Source: Massalongia carnosa
Lineage: Eukaryota
Direction of reading: 5' to 3'
NCBI GenBank assembly: GCA_965645245.1
Contig: OZ287087.1
Span: forward strand, 1,426,001-1,490,000
Length of the DNA: 64,000 bases
A model generated the notes under the pieces. The model searched no databases. It saw only the letters and a list, made by a program, of their open reading frames with translations, and was not told the origin of the DNA. The translations under genes and the position numbers were made by a program. Below are positions 37,718 through 50,530 of this stretch, in pieces (the first letter of the stretch is position 1; each line of letters opens with the position of its first letter).

Positions 37718-40700
37718 ATGAACCTTCAGACTAATTTTGCTGCAGCAACGAGTCAGCAGCAATTATTGACAGGTACCATTGAACACAAGCAGGGCAGGCT
37801 TCACTACTCCCTTAACATGGCCCGCGCTCTCAAAGACGACTGGGAACAGGACTTGAAGCCCCGAGTCGATCGACACTTGGACACCATCAAAACTGGCGGT
37901 GACCGTGTGACCCAACTCCTGCTTGCAAGCCGACACTCAGACGAAAACCGAATGACACCATCGTTGGTCATCCTCTGCCTGAGCAAACGACACAGGAAGG
38001 CAATCCTGAATAGCTTCAAGAGCCACGAATGGCGCCAACGACTGAGAGACAAAGGCGTGAAGCTGCGAGTGATCATTGACAAGAATTTTGGAGAGATGGC
38101 CAATAGAGGGCAGGCTGCTTGGGCTCTTCCTCACCTGTCAGGACTGAGTCCTAATGAAGTTTCTGTGGCCATCGCTCTACTCTCTTCGAAGAAGTCCTTC
38201 TGCGGTGCTCGGATCATACTGAGCAATCGCGTTGAGCAAGGCAATGACCCCCTAGCGGATTCAAGACAAGGAGATAAAAAGGTGGCCAATCATGGCGCGC
38301 TCGCCACTCTGGGAGGCATCATCGCGATTGACGGCCGTTTGTATGGCCTTACTGTCGCCCATGCGTTTGGGGCTCCTCCACCCTCGGACATCACGGCTGA
38401 AATTTCACTTCGAAGCCGTGGAACCCCGAGGCTGTCAGTTGATACGATCAGCTCCTACTCGACGTCATTTTCTTCAGGCTTCGAAGAAACCCTAGCGGAC
38501 TCTATTGATGATCATTTCATTGCTCAAAGCCACGATTATATACACACTTGTCTCACTACAGACGAGGGTACGTCGATGGCATGCTCATATGATAGCTTTC
38601 ATCCTGCAGGAACGATTGTGGCGCTAGGTCTGGCTGGGTATCATGACCTTCATCCATCAGTCCAACAAAATCCCACCAAGCATTCTAGGCCAGCGCAATC
38701 TTCAGATTGGGCACTTGTTCGGCTAGAAACCAGGCTCAACTTGAGCAACTCCTTTCTCAAACCCGGCTGCGATGAACTAAATGAGATTGTGGGGGTGAAA
38801 AGTGAAACTATGCTGCAGCTAGGAGAGGTCTGGGTGATTGCATGCCGTACGGGTGTTCAGCCCGGGGCATTGAGCGATGTCTCAGCCTCGGTCACCCTGC
38901 ACGAATCTCATTTCACCGTGCATCAGGTGCGATTACAACGCTGTTTAGGTTAGTCAAATCTTCCGCCTTTCCTCATCCATCGAAGTACAAGGTCTGGTGT
39001 AGCCTCCTCAATATCACGCTAATGATCATCCAGTGCTTGGAGATTCTGGAGCATGGGTAGTCCAAGACGATAAGCTTTGCGGCATCATTATTGCAGCAAG
39101 CGGTCTTCTCCCATGGGCTTACATGTTACCTATCGAACATGTCTTCGCCGACATACTATACAACATCGGCGGAGAGAGGGCGATCGTGCCATCCAAGCAA
39201 GAAATGGAGGACTTGGGCACAAGTTCCAATCTCGCTCGAGTGGCAACACCTTCAGAAAGAAAAACAGCCTCCACACTCATCCCTGGATACGCCTCGAGGC
39301 CTAACCGAGATTCTTCCTACGGCCCGATTCGCATACAACCATCACCAAAATTAGCGCCGAACGGAACCGCATTAGAATTTGCGCCGTTCGAGCTCACATC
39401 AGCTGAACTGCCGCCGTTGTTAGCAGATAGCGCAAGGCTCAAGCCAATGCGAACATCGCTACCTCGTGAATTGCATATGGGATATGCGGAGAAGCTGTGG
39501 GAATACGTAGCATCGCCCGGCTGCCCCTCAGTGTATCCTGGGCTTCATTTTCGAGAACTCGCAAAATATCTGCTTGACTCCGATAGATCGCCATCGACTA
39601 TTCGAAGAAGATTTGAACCCACATATTCCAGTTCTCCAGAGTTTGTGATACTACAAGAACTTCAAGACGAGACTAACCTCAAACCTCAAGGATTTCGATC
39701 CAGTGGGGACTTTGAGACCCACCCACATCCCTCGTCCCCAGCACCTAATACTTTACTCTTCATGCGAGGCTATCCTTCGCCCCGGTGGCTGAACGTTATT
39801 GGTGAAAGATACCACGTCGACCCAAGATTTTTCCAGTGCCATCTTAGTTCTCTTTGCGAAGAGAACAATTTTGATCGGCCCTCCTTGCCATCTTCTTTCA
39901 ATGACATTATCCGCTTGCGCATCATCACCATTGGCCAACGAGATCATGAACAGCTACTCGACTGTATGAAACAGCCAGTTGAGAAGTTGCAGGAACAGTG
40001 TACTGCCGAAACGAGTAACTATCAACAAAGAATAAAGCTTCGCCGTGGAACGGTCAAGCTTGGCGATTCCATTGCCCGGGATTTCTCAGTCTTCGATGAC
40101 GACTATTTTGCGTTGGAGCAGGATGTTACTGCGTGTATATGTAGGGGAGATGATGGATGGACCGGTAACTTGCCTCGTGTTGTTCCTGAAACTTGAAGCT
40201 AACACTTGATATAGTCGTTGTGTGGCTTGATATCGGTGCCAATCTGGTACAAAGCGTTGAAGGCCCGTGGCTGGCCTCCGGCTTCTGGTCACTCAACCAT
40301 GCCACGAAATTTATTCCCACTATACAACCGCAACACTTAGACCTATACAATAGGCCAGCACACAACCCCACAACTCTACCAAACCACAACCCCCCGTCTA
40401 GTCTTTGGCAACCAGCATCTCTACTCCCGATCGACTATGGACGGTCGTTACATTGTGGCATTATGGCCGACGATCCTTTCTATGCACTTGCCGAAATTTT
40501 CAAACTTGCCGCCGCTTCAGAGGTTCAACTCTTCAATCTAATTGAGGACCAGCTTACCAAGCATCAAGTTAATGCAGCTGGCAAGGAGCCGCAGAGTCGT
40601 ATTTCCTTCGTGGGATACACAAGATCCGTGTTGAAGCGACATATTCAAACACTTCAAGAGAACGTTACTTTCATTGAAAATCGAGGGGGCTCATACTGGG

Positions 40701-41137
40701 TGCCCAAATACGAGGGTCCTCCGTCTTTCCAGTCTCAGGCCATGACGGATGAGTTACTTCGAGATTTCCGATATCTTTTGCATCGAGCGTTGAATCTGGA
40801 AGAAATCTGCTTGGAGATCACGTCCACGTCTATGCAACAGTTGAAAATGACAGACACCACTAAAATTAACCGCCAAATCACGATCTTCACATTCGTGACC
40901 GTTATCTTTCTACCCATTTCGTTCATCGCTTCTTTCTTTGGCATGAACTCGTCGCTTTTCGGCAAAGAATCGAGCTCTGGGGTGATATATTCTCTTTTTG
41001 GTTATGTCCCTCTACTGTTGATTTCGTTGATCATATTGTTCTGGGATTCATCATGGTTGCAACGACTCAAACGAGTTTTTATTATACGCTTTCGTTTTCA
41101 TCATTTATTCTTACGTGTAATTAACCCAAGATTATGA
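37718..41137 (+). CDS. Trypsin-like serine protease fused to a CorA-like membrane domain (3 exons, about 1090 aa)
   Basis: ATLGGII, YGLTVAH (His), SDWALV (Asp), intron 38949-39033, GDSGAWVV (Ser). The same ORF continues into LFMRGYPSPRWL...VDPRFFQCHL, then intron about 40165-40213, then two TM helices with FLPISFIASFFGMN. Confidence 0.85.
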
Positions 41138-41422
41138 CACGAACTGTCACAGTGATGCTTTTCCACTTAATGTTTTGTAAATTTGGGATTTTGACCACAT
41201 CTATTTCCTATTATCCTTGTAGCTTCATTAGAGAATGTGTCGAAGCGCTAGAGCCTATGTGTGAAATAATTCAATCAGGGCAATCAGGCTCCATTCCGTG
41301 CTTCGTGTAAGCGGGATCTTCCTCCCCTTAAATATAGTTAATATGAATGATGATAAGGCTGTAGACATGACCGCCGATCACCGTTTAAATGTGATAGAGA
41401 GCGGACGCCTCCCGATGGTAAT

Positions 41423-41666
41423 TGTCAGATGGTAAGGACTACCATCATGGGCATTCATCTAGTGCTCATCTTCGGCGACTCTACCACGGGGACCGAGATG
41501 ACCTCCGGGGACCGAGATTCAGTAGACAGGCTGACTCCTTATGAAAAGGGTCACCGAAAGGTCTCCAATGTGACTTCTATATAATGAAGTAGATAGCTCA
41601 CATATAATCCACACCTTCAATGACAATCATGCTATTATAACTACACGTGAATTTTACTATTCATCA
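41423..41666 (+). mobile_element. Copia-type solo LTR with 5-bp TSD GTAAT
   Basis: TG...CA ends; GTAAT at 41418-41422 and 41667-41671. The 3' third resembles the Copia B LTR (CACCTTCAATGACAATCATGCTA). Confidence 0.9.
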
Positions 41667-42239
41667 GTAATTTAAGTGAAAGTTAAGTTCGTTTTGAGTC
41701 TTTAAAGCCGGCAATTCGACAATTAAAGTGATTTCTAGACAGTTGAATCGTTAAACGTTCAGACTTTGTGTCTAATTCCTTGGGCTGTTCTGGTCCGACC
41801 TGGCCGGTCACGGGACAACGTGACTCCCCTCGGCGATAACGCGCGTCGCTTAGCTGACTCGTTCGCCACAGTGGATTATGTTTACGAGTTCAGCGACGAT
41901 CATGCTTTCTTTCTCTCTTTCCTTGTATTTAAATTCTAGCTCATAACTAACACCCGGGCCATCTGTCTGGTATAGGGATCGGGGACCCCCTGAACCAGGG
42001 AAACATTCTTTTGCTACCGGCCTGATCAATGTGCTTCGGAGCTCCCTGGATGCGGAAAAAGGGATTCGGGGTGACGAACTCGTCACACAGCTGACAAAAT
42101 ACGTGTTGGGCCTTGAATGGTCGTCAATCTATGTACCGTTGGGCGATAGCGATTCGAAAAGCATTAGTCTTGCTTTTCTCCGTCAAATCCCTCGAACGTC
42201 TCTTTGAAACCGAAAATGCGTGTTTTTCATGTTGATCAC

Positions 42240-43803
42240 TGTAGTAAACTCGCCGTACCCGGGTATTACCTGGGTAGCACTTGGGTAAATTTTTATTCTT
42301 AGTAATACAGTTACAAATTAAATTTGTGATCTTATGATTACAGAATATTAAATTTATTATAACGATGAACTTTTAATTATGATATAACGTAACCCACCAT
42401 TACTTTAAATACCAGAATATCTAAATACCCTCATCGTTATCATCAATGACAGCGACAATAATGATGAATTAAATAAATCTGAATAGCCTCGTCGCTCGAA
42501 AACAGTCTGATCATCACCCGAGAGTAATTACATCCCCCACCCCCTTCCATTACCATCCGAAAAACCTCGTCGTCGAACTTCAACTCTCAAGATTTAGTCT
42601 TCATAAATCAGGACTTCCCTCCCTCACCACCGGCCTGATAAAATAAGGCGCGTTCAAACTCGACCCGTAAAGACTCGGAGATGCTTCCAAAGAACGAGCT
42701 TGCGGGGTAGGCGAATCCCATACAAAATTCAATTGTGTTTGGGTGGAATTTCAGGTAAACTTCATCTGACCTTGAGAGGTAAATGGAGCATTTGTAGGCA
42801 AGTTATCTCGTCTTCTTTTCGATGGTCTTTGGTTTGACATCTTCAACCTCTTTTCCTTCTCCTTCTGCACGGCCTTTGTCATTCGTTCACGCTGCTTACG
42901 TTCAGTCTTCAGTTCATCCTCTTTCTTTTTCTTCTCAGCCTGAGCGGCCAATCGTTTGATTCTTTCATCTTTCTTTCTTTCAGCCTCCTTCTTCTTTTCA
43001 GCAGCGTTCATCTTTCTAGTCTCAACGGCCTCATTTCTCAGACGAGTGATCTCTGATTTCTCCTTCTCTTTTATGCGATATGCCTCGGCCTGAGCCTCGG
43101 TGAGAACACGTCCGAAAGCGCTATCATAAGTAGCCCTTTTCCCTGCCTCTTTTCTCTTCTTCTTGGCCAGATTCGCTTTGAATTATGACTGAGTAGAGTC
43201 TTGAAGAAGTGTTCGATCTGAGAAGGCGATAGCAGTTGCTCTTTTGAGACGCCGAAGCCGGTCTTTATGTGATTTGGGTATGAAAATTTCTAATGAATTC
43301 AACATAGCAGAGTAATCGCGCTTGTTAGAAGGAGTTCTATCGAAAGAATTGTTCGAAAATGAACTGTTGATGAAGGTGGAGGTCAAGGGAAATACGATTG
43401 AACTCGAAGGGGCCGAAGGAACCGATTGAAGGATCGAGGTAATTTCTCAATTACTCGCTGCGGGTCAAAAGAATAAATACCTGAGCTTGATAGCAAAACA
43501 TTAAGAAAAGAATGTTACTTTTATTCACCAGTTGCAGCCCAAGCTGACATGATTACATCGAAAGTCATGACCGTTTCCCTTGCCCTCCCTCTTTAGAAAC
43601 TTCAGATAACTCAATTTATTCACGTACACCTCTCCAAATTTATTTCGCTCCTTCAGCTATTTTTTTATGCTTTGTCCAGTGGTCCAAAACATTCTACGTT
43701 CAAAGGCTGAAGAAAATGAGTAGTATGAGGTGGAAGACAGAGCGGAATTATATCCACTGACCAGCAGTACTTGATAAAATCAACAGAGACATGAGACGCA
43801 TGC
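42240..43803 (-). mobile_element. Fot1/pogo-like transposase 3' remnant
   Basis: Minus strand reads HASHVSVDFIKYCWSVDIIPLCLPPHTTHFLQPLNVECFGPL, followed by a degenerate Lys/Glu-rich tail. Left boundary approximate. Confidence 0.75.
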
Positions 43804-44078
43804 TGTTACGTATACCATGGGCAGGAAGCGATGACTAGGGCGATGACTAGACCATTGCTTAGTCATCAGTGACCACTTGATCCTTAGTGACCAGGTCTTG
43901 GTCACGAAGGGACACTTGGTCACTTGGGTAGGATCGCCCGCTACGGGACATGGCTATATAATAGATCAGTTCCTACGTACAAGTTTAGTAGTTAATTCAT
44001 ATCACTAGTTCATTAGCCTACTACAAGCTTCCCTTAACTTGTACAGCGTGACTACCTACTAACGTAGGATACGTGACA
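43804..44078 (+). mobile_element. Solo LTR (probably Gypsy type) without matching TSD
   Basis: TGTTACGTAT...ATACGTGACA terminal inverted repeat, internal TATATAA and GTGACCA repeats; flanks CATGC vs CTGGC. Confidence 0.75.
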
Positions 44079-45026
44079 CTGGCCTTACAAACACGAAAAT
44101 CCTTTTACTTCCTGCGAATGCAACCTCTCTATGTCAACCTCTCGATCAAAGCATTATTCATGCCTGGAAAGCTTATTATCGAAGAAGATGGCTGCGTTAC
44201 ATTTGTTCTGAATACGAAAAGACATTGATCCCACTAAAACAATGAACATTTTACAAGCTATTCGTTGGGGGATTTGTTGAAACTTGAGACGGTTGATTGC
44301 TCTATAGGGGGAGAAGAGCGGCTAATATACATTCAGCTGACTAAGCATAGAAACTTCCAGAACTAGGGCAGTGCAATTCAACAGGATTGACGCATGGGAG
44401 CAGGACGTTACTGAGACAACAAGCAATAATTGCTGGGTGAAATCTCGGGTTTTGAGTGCTAAATATGGTCCAATGAACAGAGAGGAGGCGGAGAATATGG
44501 GCTGGCATCAAGAGGTGAAGGAGGATAAATTCTTCATATGACGCTGTCATTTCGAGTATGGCTCAACAAATGCATCATCTGGTTCATCAGGATAGAATCG
44601 CAAAGGCGATGTCTATTACTCAGTTTTTAAATCCACAAGAGGAGGATGTTTATGACACCGAGGAAGTCTTGATCGACGACATCGTCAATTCGTACAGCAG
44701 GGAGGAAGGAGCTTATGAGACCAATGAGGAGGATGCAATCATACCTCGAATTCGTTATAATGAGGCTATTTTGGCTCAACAAACTCTTCGTTTGTATGAA
44801 GAACAGCAGGATGAAGGTGATAGTTAGCTCATTTCACGTATAAATCGACATGAAAGGGTTATCAGGCAAAGGACCAAGCAGGGGCTTAAAAAAACCACAA
44901 TTGCAATTGATAGCTATTTTACATAGTAAATGGGGGGAATTCAGGCTTTCTTTGGGTATAACGATATTCTCCTTATAACGATTTGACCTTATGGAAAATC
45001 AAAATTGTTATAGCCAGGGTGCATTG
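44079..45026 (+). mobile_element. Tigger/CENP-B-like pogo transposon 3' remnant
   Basis: LLPANATSLCQPLDQSIIHAWKAYYRRRWL, MSITQFLNPQEE; Tigger-like end TTGTTATAGCCAGGGTGCATTG followed by TA. Confidence 0.75.
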
Positions 45027-46286
45027 TATGCGTTTATTTCGCGATGTAACAAAAGTTTTCGAAAAAAAAAAAACAATAATTTAACAAAAAGCAAAATTAA
45101 TGCAAGCCTTGCAGCTTGCTTGTTGAGCAACGAAATGAGCATGTACAAAGATTCCATCTGCGAGCTGAAAAAGGAGGCACATGATAGGAGCTGCAGGATG
45201 TATGTACGCCCGAGCTCCACGAAGGGTTTGCCGCCCATTTAACGTGCACATTGGCTGATGGCCTGTAGCCTTTCTGAAATAATCTCGCCATCTTCAATTC
45301 CTGAGTGCCTCAGCAAAACCAAGTTGTAGGAGATTTTCAGCCGACTCCTTAGCAAAGACACTGTCTTAACATAGCATGTGTCGTTGTGGGTTCGTTCCTC
45401 CGGCTGATCTTACCTCAAATCGATGATGTTGACCCGATGCTTGGAGCTTCGAACTCTTACTTACTTCTGGTATTACGGAGCATAGTGGCTAAATGTTAGT
45501 GCAATACATTATTTTTGCTTGCGATATCCCTTCTAGCGAAGGTACGCCACGAACATTTAACCCACGGTGCCCCATCCCACCACAGTATGGAGTAATCGGC
45601 AGCTATAGCCGATCGGGCCGTCTGGGCACCGAGACCATAAATCATAAAATCGAGTTAACTGAAAAGCCTCCGCACTTTACACAATTTCACCGCCTTTTCG
45701 AACAGAATCTCTGCTATTTACATGTTCATGTTTTTTGCTGCCTTGTCTTTTACAGCCTTGTCCAACCTCACGTATCTGCGAATGCGCGGGTGGGGTATGA
45801 CAGCAGAGCTGCAGGTTTGCTGTAGGTCTGCCTAAGTTAGTTGCCTAATCTACCGAAATGTAGATTGCGTTTCGTTATGAGTACTTTCATTACTATGATG
45901 GTGCAGGCTATCTACCTTATGGCGGAAGTCGTGAAATGAACTTGTTGGGACTTCATAAAGACGTCGAGACGCAATACACAACCATTGAAATCCTTCGCGA
46001 ACCTGACGCAAACACCCCTTCCTCACGTAAGGTGTATAGAAGAGGTGGGTCTATGATCCTAATCATTTGCCTTCGTGTGCCTCACGCGCCTTGGGGGCCT
46101 CACTGGCCTGGGATAGGTCCATTCTTATATGCCTTACTCAGGCCTTATCGTGCCACATACACTATGGTTGTGTGCGATAGATGACAATGAGAACTTACAA
46201 TAACCAAGGTCCTGAAGCCGCATTGATAAAAGGATACAGCTCGGTGATAGTCAAGGGACACATATAAAGGATCCATCAATCGCTCA

Positions 46287-47277
46287 ATGACACAAGAACA
46301 GGACAATACTGGTTCTAATCAGCTAGATAAGAGCGACGAGCAAGCAGACGATAATGTAACTCATGGCTACAATGAAATCTTCAGCAAAGTTTGGCGCGAA
46401 ATTACATCGGATAATCATCTCACCTTGTTTGGATTTCGAAGATATCGAACCACTCATCTGCTGAATCTTCGATTTCTGGAAGCGGAGATCGATAAGATTG
46501 ATCATGATCTGTATCAGGCTGGTCTGCAACTCAATCAGCCACTCCGCCGCGAAAATACGTTAGATCGGCTTGGCCTGAAGCAAGCGAAGAAAGATGGTAA
46601 ACGGATGAAGATAGAAGAAGTCGTGAACGAAGCTCTAATCATGCGCCTTCGAAGCTTGATCAAGGAGTACGGTGAGCGTACCCCCGCGTAGCCGTGACAA
46701 TCAACTGATTGGTTTAGACGAATCATTGGAGGCTTTCAACACCGTCATGAGCATGGAGACTTTCTCTCTTGCCGACAATACCAATAAAGCAAGTTCCAGA
46801 CAGGATCTTCATGCTTACGAAAAGTTCAAGACTCGAATGCTACGAGTTGATCTCCCACTACGTCGTAGTTCAAGGGATCCGATTCAGCATTTTCTTCGAA
46901 AAGGTCTTCGACGGCTCTGGTATTCTCTGAATCTCTGGAAGCTTCGTACAGACGATGAGGAACAGGGACCGAAGGGACCGCTCGGCAGGGTGATGGCCAA
47001 TTGGGACAGAACGTATCAGAACACTGCACGAATCGCCGAGGCCCTTACTCGATTTGCGATCGCCGTGATTGCCGGAGCTGCACTCGTCGTACCTTTAGTT
47101 GTTTTGACCTATCAGGTCTCGCAGGAGCGTCGTCTGCTAGTGGTGATTTCATTTGTGTCGATGTTTTGCATTCTGCTCTCTATCTTATCAAAGGCCTCCA
47201 ACTACGAGACCATGGCAGCGTCTGCAGCATATGCGGCAGTTTTAACTGTTTTCGTATCAAACGGAGTAAATCCGTAA
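46287..47277 (+). CDS. DUF6594-like membrane protein (2 exons)
   Basis: FGFRRYRTTHLLNLRFLEAEI...LIKEY|DE; C-terminal hydrophobic helices ending ASAAYAAVLTVFV; intron GTGAGC...TTTAG at 46672-46717. Confidence 0.78.
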
Positions 47278-47909
47278 AGCAAGCCCAGCCCTGTGGATTG
47301 CTGAGTATTTCATGAAGTGGAGTGGTCGGGATGAATCGGGCATGGAATCTATTTTAAATCTTTAATGTTGCAACGGTCTGTTCCGTCTATCTATCCATAT
47401 TTCATCCAGCACTGCCTGATCTCTAAGTTCAACGCCATGGCTTGTTGAAATACGCACACTCTCGAGACGCGTTAGGCTAGAAATCCGCAGCAAACAATCT
47501 TAGTATCATCAGTTCCATTTTCCATCCTCAGCATCGCATGCCAGTTTGCTACGTTTGATGGGCTCTGAACAAGTATCTACTTGAACGGGTATTTCCCCAG
47601 CCATCAAGGTTCTACCCCCCCTCCCCGACCCCATACCAGCGTTACAAAGTCTGTCGGTCAGTCGGTCATTGAACCCTCTAATGAAGGAAGCGATCTTTAC
47701 GAAACGAGATGAATCTACTTGCTGACGCAGTTTTCGTCATTGAGTTCCACGTTAATGATGTATGTATGTAACCTATGGCGACGGTTCAACAAACGTTCAC
47801 TTAACTGATGGTTTTCTAACCCCCATAAAATAACCATGTTTAGATAGCCAAACCCTAAGAACCACAGAACAGCAACATCTCACCGTCTCATACTCCCTCA
47901 ACTTCACCC

Positions 47910-49835
47910 TCCCCTTATAAGCAGAATCACCAATCAAGCCGCGTTCGAAGTGCGCTCACCTGCAACAGACTTTCCGAAACTATTCTTGAGAATGCTCTCT
48001 CCTTGCACTTCATCCATCGGCTCTAGTTTTATATCGGGTCCTAGCCGCCATAGGCTCGCGAGTCGAGAAGTGACAAGAATGGATCCGTGATCTGCCTCCG
48101 GGAAATACTTTTTCACATCGAAGGCTTCCGAATCGCTCGATGAAGCCGAATATTCTCGATCCACATTGTCAAAAATCAGCAACCATCGGTTGTTCGAGGG
48201 TTGGGATAGCCACTTCAGCACCTCCTTCACGACTTCATCAACATTAGAACTCTCCTCCTACGAATAACTTTTGGCTCTTTCGGAAAGCTGATCTTGCGGT
48301 AATCGACAGGCGAGATCAGCAATACTTCGCCTCAGCCTCTCCTTGGTCGAGCCATCGATCCAGAAGACCGCACTATAGCTCGTTTGATGTTGTCGAGCAA
48401 ATTCCACAGACAGCTGAGTTTTCCCGATCCCGCCGAGTCCATGCAGGACGAATACTTTGCAACGCACTTCATTCGTTGAGCTTGGCAGTAACTCATCCCT
48501 TAACCGGTTCATCTCCGTATCACGCGCCACGAATCTGCTCACTATAGGGATATCTCGTAGACTGAAACCTATGCGAAAGTCTTTTTCATTGATCATAGGG
48601 TGCGCTTACGAGAGGTCAGAGGGCTTTCAGTGGACATAGCGAGTGATATAAAGAAAAAGCCCTTACGACGATATCGTGCCTCGATCTTTGAAGGCGCCGT
48701 CCGAACCATCCGCTGAATCTCTGGCCGCACCAAGCAAAAGTTCTCATCTTCGAGACCATAAAATTTGTTCAACCCTGAGTGATCCGTGGTCAGATAAATC
48801 ATTCTTCTGCCATGCAAAGTGGCTGACTGCTGATCAACGAGCTACGTACATCATAAGCTTCACATTCAATCAGTCAAGCGTATAGGCCAAAGCGGACATA
48901 CCTGCGTCCGCCAAGGTCCATACGACGCATCTTTGTTTTCATAAAAGCATACGATATCCGCATCACGATAGCTGGTCTCAAAATCCCGCGCAATCTCATA
49001 AAGAGCATGGCTTTTTTTCTTCGAGGACTCCAGTAACGTTTTGTCATGGCCCACTGATTGAGCAAGCCATACACCATATAGCGCAGCATCACTTCCGTGA
49101 TGTGGTGTTCCAAGAAAAATGATCCCAGCTGTGGACAACCGAATATTACTGAAATCGTCACCATGGTTGGCTAACACCAATGCCTATGAAAAGTTTAGTA
49201 CAGAAAGATTTGGCTAGAATCGAGACTGTACCGACCTGCTTGATGATCAATCCACCAAGACTGTGCCCGACAAACACCAGCGGTCGTCGACACTCCTGCC
49301 AAGATTCTCAGCAGAATCGGATGGATGGATGTCTAGGATAACACTACTAACTTTTTCGCTTGATCGACATTGATAAAGAACGTTGAGCAGCTGCTCGCCA
49401 AATTTGCGCAAACTCGTTTTTACATCTGCTTTTCGCCAATCCGACTCGTAACTATACGTCGCAATTCGAGCATGTGGAACGCAGCTTGGCAGAAGGTCTC
49501 GAAGCCACATTATTTCAACAGCCTCCGATGCCGTTTGAGCAATCTCCCGGAACTCGTCAGCCTGAGCATTCTTCCCACGGCCTCGTAGCAGATCGAATGG
49601 CCGTCGACGTTCAGGTCTCGCCCCTTTGACAGAAGCTTGCTTTCCAACCCATGTATAGTATGGATCAGCACCGAGACCTTGAACTGCGATGATGCTTAAA
49701 CGCCCGTCAGTGATTCTGCTTCGATTTCATCAAGCGTTATTTGACTTACTCGACTCTGGATTCATGATGATCCTGCTCACCATTGAACCAGATATTAAGG
49801 CTTGTGGCCTTGACTGTGTTTTTACTGCATATCAT
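47910..49835 (-). pseudogene. NLR-like gene: SesB-type alpha/beta hydrolase + NB-ARC, truncated
   Basis: IIAVQGLG, MWLRDLLP, FVGHSLGGLIIKQA, IIFLGTPHHGS, DHSGLNKF; P-loop GLGGIGKTQL, WLLIFDNVD, ILVTSR. Internal stop at 48258 and no repeat domain follows. Confidence 0.85.
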
Positions 49836-49861
49836 CACGACAGTTTAGTGCCTAAAAGAGC

Positions 49862-50530
49862 GAATCGAAAACTCAATGCAATCACAAAGAGAAATCGATA
49901 TCCGTTGCCATTGATTTCCGAACTAATGACCAGATTGTCAAAAGCAAAGCGTATGACGAAGATAGATATTCGGCACGCGTTTAATCGTGTAAGAATGGCC
50001 ATCCCAAATGACGAAGATTTGACCACTTTTCGGACTAGATTCGGCTCCTATAAATCATTAGTTTTGCCTTTCGGACTGACGAATGGGCCGGCTACTTTTC
50101 AAAACTTCATTAATGACACGTTCATGGAATATCTAGATGAATTTGTGGTCGCTTATCTAGACGATATTTTCATCTATAGCAATAGTGAGAAAGAGCATCG
50201 CGAGCATGTTAGAAAGTACTGAAAAAGTTGAGGGACGCGGGCATACAAGCTGACGTTGATAAGTACGAATTCAATGTGACGGAAACTAAATTTCTAGGAG
50301 TTATAGTGGGAGTCGATGGGATAAGAATTGACCCGGATAAAATTCAAGCAATTGTGGAATGGGCGACTCCCATGCATTTGAAACAGGTGCAGGCCTTCTT
50401 AGGATTCATCAATTTCTACAGGCGTTTTATAAGGGGATTTTCCAAGCTCGCCAAACCGTTGGTCAAATTGACTAGAAAGGGTGCTCCTTTCGAATGGACG
50501 AAAGCATGCCAGTCGGCCTTTGAGATGTTC
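49862..50530 (+). mobile_element. Ty3/Gypsy reverse transcriptase fragment
   Basis: [48 protein letters not shown]; no LTRs adjacent. Confidence 0.92.
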
